Source: Patescibacteria group bacterium
Lineage (GTDB): Bacteria; Patescibacteriota; Minisyncoccia; Phycocordibacterales; DSPV01
Assembly (NCBI GenBank): GCA_038056445.1
Contig: JBBUFP010000014.1
Coordinates: forward strand, 1 to 31,463
Length of the DNA stretch: 31,463 nt
Direction of reading: 5' to 3'
In this document: positions 25,424-31,463 of the stretch, piece by piece
How positions within the stretch are numbered: position 1 is the first letter of the stretch
How the letters are laid out: every line of letters starts with the position of its first letter
Program-made: the position numbers and the translations under genes
Notes under the pieces: model-generated
Database searches by the model: none
Seen by the model: only the letters and a program-made list of their open reading frames with translations
What the model was told of the DNA's origin: nothing

Positions 25424-26396
25424 TTATTCAAAAACAAAAAAAGAAAATATTACCTGTAACCTTTGCGGTAGCGATGATTTTTCTCTGCTAGCTAAAAAAT
25501 CAAAAAATAATTTGCCGGTGGCAACGGTAATGTGCCGAAATTGTTCTCTAATCTATATCAATCCGCGAATGACAAGCGAGGACTACGACAATTATTATAA
25601 ATATTTTTATCGAGTGGACAGAAATACGATTAAAGGCACAACCACTGACACCAGATTGGAACGGAATTTTGAAAACGCCAGAAAATTCGGCCGAGCGCTT
25701 GGTCGGCGCTACCAAAAATTTTTTAAGCCGGGGCTGGCGGTTGATGTCGGTTCTTCCACCGGCGGCGTGCTCTACGGCTTGCGAGAAGCGCTGCCAGCTT
25801 TAAAAATTCTTGGCATTGAACCGTCGGTGGCGGAATCGGAATTGGCAAGAAGTCGCGGGGTGCCGACCAAAACCGTTTTGTTTGAAAATTTCCGCGATGT
25901 TTTGCCCGAAGTGCCAGCTAACATTTTTTGTGTTCAGAGTTTGAACCATCTTTTGGACCCCAAGGGCTTTATGGCTTGGGCTTATGAGGCGTTGACTGCT
26001 GGTGGTTCGCTGTTTTTGGCGGTGAAAAATTTCCGACATCAGGCGCGCCGCGCCGGCTCAATAGAAGCCGGCGTTCAAATTGACCACCCTTATATGTTCA
26101 CGCCCGAGACCTTGCGGGCCATGATTGAATCCGTTAGTTTTAGAATAGTGGTTTTTGAAATTGACGAGGGTAAAAGCCAAGATGAATTATTAATTCAACG
26201 AGCCGAGGGTCTGCCCAGGCATCACATTCGAGTGGTGGCGGTGAAGGATAATTTAAATAAAGTTCAAGTAGTTTTGCCAAGTTTTTGGGCACAGCTTAAG
26301 CTTCGTTTAGCGCTTAGCTGGCCGATTTTGAAGCTGTTTTACCTCGCCAAGTATTCCCATTGGTTGACTTGGCAAAAATCAAAGAGTGTAGTATAG
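25416..26396 (+). CDS. Class I SAM methyltransferase with a Zn-ribbon N-terminus (paralog of 13739-14722)
   Basis: CNLC...CRNCSLIYINPRMT, DVGSSTGG, GIEPS, QSLNH, NFRHQ and IDH..MFTPE. Confidence 0.8.
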   Translation: MFDYSKTKKENITCNLCGSDDFSLLAKKSKNNLPVATVMCRNCSLIYINPRMTSEDYDNYYKYFYRVDRNTIKGTTTDTRLERNFENARKFGRALGRRYQKFFKPGLAVDVGSSTGGVLYGLREALPALKILGIEPSVAESELARSRGVPTKTVLFENFRDVLPEVPANIFCVQSLNHLLDPKGFMAWAYEALTAGGSLFLAVKNFRHQARRAGSIEAGVQIDHPYMFTPETLRAMIESVSFRIVVFEIDEGKSQDELLIQRAEGLPRHHIRVVAVKDNLNKVQVVLPSFWAQLKLRLALSWPILKLFYLAKYSHWLTWQKSKSVV

Positions 26397-26404
26397 TGTT
26401 GGTA

Positions 26405-27523
26405 ATGACAAAAAGACGGCTCAAAACAATAGCGATTCCGGGTACTGACAGAATCCTTGGTGGCGAGGAAGTTTTTTTCGTGGCGGAAATTGGCAAGGGC
26501 TTCATTCAGACCAAAGAAGACCAGCCGATGAGAGAATATCTGGCCAATGCCAAACGATTGATTGATGCAGCGGTGGCTGCCGGTGCCGACGCGGTTAAAT
26601 TCCAAACTCACGAGGTTAGTGATGAGCAAGCTGACATACCGATTGTCTCGCTTCATTTTAAGGGTGCCGAGCGTTATGCTTGGGTAAAAAGGAACACCGA
26701 AGCAACACCGCTTTTTTTCTGGCGAGAGTTGAAAAATTACGCCGCTCGCAAAGGCATTATTTTTTTCTCCACCGCCATGAGTCGGGGGGCGGCGGAAAAA
26801 CTTACCAAAGTTGATGTGCCGCTTTGGAAAGTTGGTTCTGGCGATGTGGAAGATTATGTTTTACTGGATTATCTCACCGGCACTGGCAAACCGGTCATCA
26901 TTTCCACCGGTATGGTTAGTTTTGCCGAGCTGGATGAAATCGTCGCTTATTTTAGAAAGCACTTAACCCCGTTGGCTATTTTGTATTGCGTCAGCGAATA
27001 TCCCTGCCCGCCGGAAAAATTTAATTTAGCCAGTATTGAAAAAATAAAAGAAAAATATCCGGAAGTCATTGTAGGCTTTTCTGACCATTCGGTGGGCGAT
27101 ATCAATCCGGTATTAGCCGCCGTTAAAGTCGGCGCGCGGATTGTGGAAAAACATTTTTCATTGGCGCGCGATTTGTGGGGTTCCGACCATAAGGTTTCCA
27201 TGATACCGGTCGAGTTTGCTGAAATGGTGCGCGCTGTGCGCGCCGGCGAACACAAAAAAGTCGCCCAGCAGAAATTTTACGGCAATAAAAATCGCGAGCT
27301 TGATGGTGCCACCAACCAATTCCGTCCTTACTTCAAGAAATTATTGGTGGCGGCGCGAGTTATCAAGAATGGTGAAAAGATTGCTAAGGATATGATTCAC
27401 GCCTTGCGCCCTGCGCTTCATCTTAAAGGTTTGCCATCGCGCGATTTTCATAAAGTAGTTGGCCGCGAAGTAATTCGCCAAATTAAAAAAGGTGAGCTGT
27501 TAACCAAGCAAAATGTTCGTTAA
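26405..27523 (+). CDS. neuB: NeuB-family nonulosonate synthase with SAF domain (divergent N-terminal motif)
   Basis: AEIG, KFQTH, KVGSGD, STGM, CVSEYP, GFSDH, EKH, GSDH and C-terminal ALRP...IKKGE. Confidence 0.85.
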   Translation: MTKRRLKTIAIPGTDRILGGEEVFFVAEIGKGFIQTKEDQPMREYLANAKRLIDAAVAAGADAVKFQTHEVSDEQADIPIVSLHFKGAERYAWVKRNTEATPLFFWRELKNYAARKGIIFFSTAMSRGAAEKLTKVDVPLWKVGSGDVEDYVLLDYLTGTGKPVIISTGMVSFAELDEIVAYFRKHLTPLAILYCVSEYPCPPEKFNLASIEKIKEKYPEVIVGFSDHSVGDINPVLAAVKVGARIVEKHFSLARDLWGSDHKVSMIPVEFAEMVRAVRAGEHKKVAQQKFYGNKNRELDGATNQFRPYFKKLLVAARVIKNGEKIAKDMIHALRPALHLKGLPSRDFHKVVGREVIRQIKKGELLTKQNVR

Positions 27524-28688
27524 ACCCAAACAAAAAAGAAAAGTTTGTTTCGTCATCACGAGTTTTATCCATTACTCGCGCGGTCTTTTTATTTTGGAAG
27601 AATTGAAGAATCGGCCGGATGTGGAACTACACATTGTCATTAGCGGCACCGCTTTGCTCGCCAAATATTCTTCAAAATTTTCCTATGTGAAAAATATTCT
27701 GGAGCGCGAGGGTTATAACAATCTTCACGAACTTTATTTTAATTTGGAAGGCGATAGTCATCTTACCAAAGCCAAAACCGCCGGCATTGGTATTGTGGAA
27801 TTTTCCACTTTTTTCAATCAGCTTAGACCGGATGTGGTAGTATTGCGCGGCGACCGGTTTGAAGTGCTGTCGGCCGCCGTGGCCGCCGCTTACTTGCAAA
27901 TTCCCATTGCCCATCTTGAGGGTGGCGACATTACCGGTTCCATAGACGAGAGCGTCCGCCATGCCATTACCAAATTATCGCATTTACATTTTGCCACCAA
28001 TGAAGACGCCAAGAAAAGAATTTTGCGGATGGGGGAAAATCCCAAATATGTTTTCAATTTTGGCAGTCCGGAAATTGAAGTGGTTTATCGGATAATCAAT
28101 GGCAAACACCATGTTGATTTTAGCCAGACCGGTTCCGGCGCGCCGTTTGATATCAAATTGGATTTTTTGATGGTGATGTATCAGCCGGTCACGACCGAAA
28201 CCGAACGATTGGCTGAATACACCAAAACGATTCTGGAAGCTGTCCACGAGCTCACGATTCCGACGCTTTGGTTCTGGCCCAACTTTGACACCGGTGCTGA
28301 AGAAATTTCCCATACCTTGCGGGTTTTTCGCGACCAGGTGAAGGAACACAAAATTCGTTTTATGCGTTATTTGCCGCCACGCGATTTTATCTGGCTTTTG
28401 AAGCACACTCGGGCGCTGGTCGGCAATTCTTCGGCTGGTATTAAAGAATCCTCTTATCTTGGCGTGCCGGTGGTAAATATCGGCAATCGTCAGGGTTCGC
28501 GTTTGCGCACTAAAAATGTTTTGGATGTGCCGCACAAAAAAGAGCCCATCAAAAAAGCCATTGAAAAACAAATGAAAAAAGGCCGCTATCAACCGTCCAA
28601 ACTTTATTTCGCCAACGGCACCGCCCGCAAAATCGCCAAAACTTTAGCTGAAGCCAATCTTTATGTCCAAAAAAAATTCCACAACTAA
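27513..28688 (+). CDS. neuC: UDP-GlcNAc 2-epimerase (hydrolysing), NeuC family
   Basis: GDRFE, AHLEGGD.TGSIDE..RHAITKLSHLHF and GNSSAGIKE; lies between neuB and neuA. Confidence 0.85.
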   Translation: MFVKPKQKRKVCFVITSFIHYSRGLFILEELKNRPDVELHIVISGTALLAKYSSKFSYVKNILEREGYNNLHELYFNLEGDSHLTKAKTAGIGIVEFSTFFNQLRPDVVVLRGDRFEVLSAAVAAAYLQIPIAHLEGGDITGSIDESVRHAITKLSHLHFATNEDAKKRILRMGENPKYVFNFGSPEIEVVYRIINGKHHVDFSQTGSGAPFDIKLDFLMVMYQPVTTETERLAEYTKTILEAVHELTIPTLWFWPNFDTGAEEISHTLRVFRDQVKEHKIRFMRYLPPRDFIWLLKHTRALVGNSSAGIKESSYLGVPVVNIGNRQGSRLRTKNVLDVPHKKEPIKKAIEKQMKKGRYQPSKLYFANGTARKIAKTLAEANLYVQKKFHN

Positions 28689-29400
28689 ACCGAAGATTCT
28701 CGCGGTGATTACCGCCCGGGGCGGGTCAAAGGGGATTCCTGGGAAAAATATCAAACCCTTGGGCGGAAAACCTTTGATAGTTTATTCCATAGACGCGGCA
28801 AAGAAAAGCAAATTAATTACTCACACTATTGTTTCCACTGATGATAAAGAAATTGCCAAAGTGGCGAAAAAATTTGGCGGTGAAGTGCCATTTTTGCGTC
28901 CCAAAGAATTAGCTGAAGACACAACGCCCCATGTGCCGGTGATGAAGCACGCCATTGAATTTATGGAAAAAAAGTTGGGCATTGTTTTTGATTATGCCGT
29001 AATTTTACAACCAACTTCGCCGTTTCGGACTACCGATGACATAGACGAAACCTTGCGGAAGTTAATAGAAAACAAAGCCGATAGCGCGGTGACTTTGGTG
29101 GATGTCGGTAACGAACATCCGGTCAAAGCGAAAAAACTAGTGGGCGCTCGGGTTTTGCCTTATTGCTTACCGGAACCGGAAGGCACTCGCCGGCAAGATT
29201 TCCCGCCAGCTTACCGCCGCAGCGGCGCGATTTACGCTATGCGCCGCGACTTGATTATCAAAGACGGCAGATTATACGGCGCTCATATTGTCGGCCATAT
29301 TGTTCCAACCGAACGCTCGGTGGACATTGATTCGCCGTTTGAATGGTTCCGGGCCGAGTGGATGTTGGAGGACTTGAAGAAAAAAAATTATGAGTTTTAA
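28663..29400 (+). CDS. neuA: CMP-N-acetylneuraminate synthetase family
   Basis: ARGGSKGIPGKN, STDD, EVPFLRP, LQPTSPFR, GAIY and DIDSPFE. Confidence 0.9.
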   Translation: MSKKNSTTKPKILAVITARGGSKGIPGKNIKPLGGKPLIVYSIDAAKKSKLITHTIVSTDDKEIAKVAKKFGGEVPFLRPKELAEDTTPHVPVMKHAIEFMEKKLGIVFDYAVILQPTSPFRTTDDIDETLRKLIENKADSAVTLVDVGNEHPVKAKKLVGARVLPYCLPEPEGTRRQDFPPAYRRSGAIYAMRRDLIIKDGRLYGAHIVGHIVPTERSVDIDSPFEWFRAEWMLEDLKKKNYEF

Positions 29401-30373
29401 AATTCTAAACACTATTGGCGAAAATTTCGCCCCCGAAGCCAAAAAGATTTTGGCAACTTTAGGCGCGATTGATTATAAAATTCCGACGCAGGAAAAACTG
29501 GCAGAAATCATCGGCGACTATGACGTGGCAGTCATTGGTCTGGGTTTGAATTTTCACAAAGATATTTTGGATGCGGCCTGCCTGCCGGCAGGCAGGTCGA
29601 AAAAACTTAAAGTGATTGCCACAGTAACAACTGGACTTGATCATATTGATCTTATCGCCGCCAAAGAGAAGGGGATTAAGGTTTTGAGTTTGCGCGGTGA
29701 AAATGAATTTTTGGACACCATTATCGGCACAGCCGAATTGGCTTTCGGTCTGCTCATTGATTTAGTTCGCTTCACGCCTTGGGCTTTTGAAGATGTTAAA
29801 AATTATCGCTGGCGACGCGAGGACTGGAAAGGCGCGAGTTTGTATGGCAAAACTTTGGGTGTTGTCGGTTTGGGGCGATTGGGAAAAATGATGGCACGAT
29901 TTGGTAAAGCGTTTGACATGAAAGTTTTATTTACCGACCCAAATGTTTCGCCAAAAGATTTTCCTGATTATGAAAAAACCGATTTGGAAAACCTGCTCCG
30001 GCGAAGCGATGCGGTTTCATTGCACATTCATTTGACCAAAGAAACAGAAAATCTTTTGGCGAAAAAGGAATTCGCCCTAATGAAAAAGGGCGTGGTTTTG
30101 ATTAACACCGCCCGGGGCAAAATCGTCAATGAAAAAGATTTGCTGGCGGCTCTTGAAAACGGTCAATTGGGTGGCTACGCTGCTGATGTTTTGACCGACG
30201 AACTTTCTTTTGAAAAAACTGGTTTCAAAAATCATCGGCTAGTTGAATATGCCAAAACTCACCGTAATGTCATCATCGTGCCACACATTGGTGGTATGAC
30301 CACTGACTCACGAATTGCCACCGACCTCTTTATGGCGGAGAAATTAAGAAAACAGCTGGCTAAAAATAGCTAA
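29390..30373 (+). CDS. D-isomer-specific 2-hydroxyacid dehydrogenase (SerA-like, no ACT domain)
   Basis: TTGLDHID, TAELAFGL, GVVGLGRLG, INTARG, DVL..E and PHIGG. Confidence 0.85.
   Translation: MSFKILNTIGENFAPEAKKILATLGAIDYKIPTQEKLAEIIGDYDVAVIGLGLNFHKDILDAACLPAGRSKKLKVIATVTTGLDHIDLIAAKEKGIKVLSLRGENEFLDTIIGTAELAFGLLIDLVRFTPWAFEDVKNYRWRREDWKGASLYGKTLGVVGLGRLGKMMARFGKAFDMKVLFTDPNVSPKDFPDYEKTDLENLLRRSDAVSLHIHLTKETENLLAKKEFALMKKGVVLINTARGKIVNEKDLLAALENGQLGGYAADVLTDELSFEKTGFKNHRLVEYAKTHRNVIIVPHIGGMTTDSRIATDLFMAEKLRKQLAKNS
29577..29596. repeat. Perfect 20-bp palindrome CCTGCCTGCCGGCAGGCAGG inserted within the dehydrogenase CDS
   Basis: cctgcctgcc|ggcaggcagg is self-complementary and encodes part of ACLPAGR. 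Confidence 0.85.
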
Positions 30374-30382
30374 AAAATAATT

Positions 30383-31270
30383 ATGGCAACACTGATTTTT
30401 ATCGTTCTGATGCTTAGCGGTACTTTCGCGCTTGGTTTGGGCGATGTTTGGCGCAAGAAATATCTGAACGCCGGTGTGGACGAGCAATCCTTGCTGACCG
30501 TCACTTTATTTTTAACCGGCGTTTTGCTTTTGCCCATTGTCGCCATTGTCGGTTTTCCGGAAATAAAAAGCGGCTTTTGGTTGGCGGCTGGCGGCACTGT
30601 CGCTCTCAATTTGATTTCCCAAAACCTTTTTATTCGCGCTTTTAAATTAAGCGACGCCTCGCTCATCGCGCCTCTGCGGCTGATTATTCCGCCGATTGTC
30701 ATCGTTACTGGCTTTATTTTTCTAGGAGAAAAACCGTCGTTGCTCGGCGCGTTGGGTATTTTTATCACGATGCTCGGCTTGTGGTTTCTTTTGTTCAAAA
30801 AAGAAGATATGACTTGGTTGCGCTTGACGGCAAAATTGAAAGATAGGGGAGTTTTATATGGACTGATTGCCTCGGTTTTGTTTGCCGTTTCTTTTCCGCT
30901 AGACAAAATGGTGGTGGTGAAATCATCAGCTTTATTCGGGACATTTGTGATTTTTAGCGCGCTTGGAGTTTTGACTTACTTGGTCAATGTCATAATGAAA
31001 AAGGAATTTAATAGTTCTCTCGGCAAGGTCTTGAAGGAAAATTCCGGCGCGCTCTTTCTTATTTCCATCGCTTTTAGCGCCGGTGTTTTTCTTACCAATC
31101 AGGCGCTTAATTATTCTTTGGCCGCTTATGCTTCCAGTTTGAAACGCTTGCAGGCTTTGTGGACAATTCTTTTGGCGGGTTCGCTTCTCAAGGAAAAAGA
31201 AATCCGCCGCCGCGTTTTCGCGGCGGCGGTAATGTTCGCCGGTATTCTGCTCTCGGTTTTAGTGAAATAA
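30383..31270 (+). CDS. EamA/DMT-family membrane transporter
   Basis: About 10 hydrophobic helices in two repeats; RAFKLSDASLIAPL and G...LGEK...G..G; second repeat AL...LAAYAS..KR..L.EK. Confidence 0.85.
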   Translation: MATLIFIVLMLSGTFALGLGDVWRKKYLNAGVDEQSLLTVTLFLTGVLLLPIVAIVGFPEIKSGFWLAAGGTVALNLISQNLFIRAFKLSDASLIAPLRLIIPPIVIVTGFIFLGEKPSLLGALGIFITMLGLWFLLFKKEDMTWLRLTAKLKDRGVLYGLIASVLFAVSFPLDKMVVVKSSALFGTFVIFSALGVLTYLVNVIMKKEFNSSLGKVLKENSGALFLISIAFSAGVFLTNQALNYSLAAYASSLKRLQALWTILLAGSLLKEKEIRRRVFAAAVMFAGILLSVLVK

Positions 31271-31433
31271 TTTTATTTAGTTTTTTGCTGCTTTGAGAAT
31301 GTAAATATTAGTCATATGGTTCTTCTTAAAATTTACAGATGTCAGACATCCGTCATTAACATTTGGTATTTTCTCCTGGTTCTCCTCCCGACTCACGTTT
31401 TGTGAGGCATTAGGAGAGGACTTGTCTGGGAGT

Positions 31434-31461
31434 ATAATACACGAAACCAAAATATTGTCAA
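31434..31461 (-). promoter_or_regulatory. Sigma70-like promoter facing into the window
   Basis: TTGACA(31461-31456)-16 nt-TATTAT(31439-31434); a plus-strand TATAAT overlaps it at 31433-31438. Confidence 0.45.
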
Positions 31462-31463
31462 CT

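Noticed and set aside
26364-26397. Internal promoter before the third neuB (TTGACT ... TAGTAT/TATAGT)
   Set aside because: The spacing of 19 or 22 nt is off-consensus, and the gene is adequately explained by operon read-through.
10282-29400. Standard legionaminic or pseudaminic acid pathway
   Set aside because: No PLP aminotransferase, N-acetyltransferase, PseG hydrolase or PseB/LegB dehydratase is in the window. They could lie elsewhere, so this is not excluded genome-wide.
30359-30379. gctaaaaata direct duplication at the dehydrogenase stop
   Set aside because: It is short and A-rich, and is likely chance or local slippage with no functional signal.
476-30906. Numerous 60-200 aa overlapping ORFs in the track (for example 14723..15124 +, 17254..17694 +, 27984..28592 -, 30370..30906 -)
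   Set aside because: They are antisense or off-frame shadows of well-supported genes and show no family motifs.
1-31463. CRISPR array, tRNA/rRNA, transposase or integrase
   Set aside because: No regularly spaced repeats, cloverleaf or rRNA-like segments, or recombinase motifs were seen; nearly all of the sequence is explained by glycan genes.
1-31463. Alternative genetic code 25 (TGA = Gly) as used by some CPR lineages
   Set aside because: TGA acts as a stop in ATGA couplings (19859-19862, 21175-21178, 22542-22545, 24386-24389), and full-length proteins are obtained with code 11.

Overview
This window is a densely packed surface-glycan biosynthesis locus with no RNA genes, CRISPR array or transposase visible. 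It centres on nonulosonic acid (NulO, sialic-acid-like) chemistry: three divergent NeuB-family synthases, three NeuA-family CMP-NulO synthetases (one fused to a Gfo/Idh/MocA oxidoreductase), a NeuC-type hydrolysing 2-epimerase and a KdsC-like phosphatase. Around these are two PtmA-like SDRs, xylose-isomerase-fold enzymes (one free, one fused to NeuB) and a D-2-hydroxyacid dehydrogenase. The window also holds five GT-B proteins that are candidate NulO transferases, five intact SAM methyltransferases plus one pseudogene, a polysaccharide deacetylase, Gmd, an RmlD-like SDR, a GT4, a Wzx-like flippase and an EamA transporter. No Leg/Pse-type aminotransferase or acetyltransferase is present in the window. 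The missing Shine-Dalgarno sites, near-leaderless sigma70 promoters, ATGA-coupled genes and a CCTGCCTGCCGGCAGGCAGG palindrome suggest a Patescibacteria (CPR, Parcubacteria-like) genome; this is inference. The most interesting signals are a modular multi-NulO pathway with redox and methyl tailoring enzymes, a tandemly expanded uncharacterised transferase family, and a palindromic DNA element inserted in frame in a dehydrogenase gene. All calls come from motif reading only; no database searches were run.
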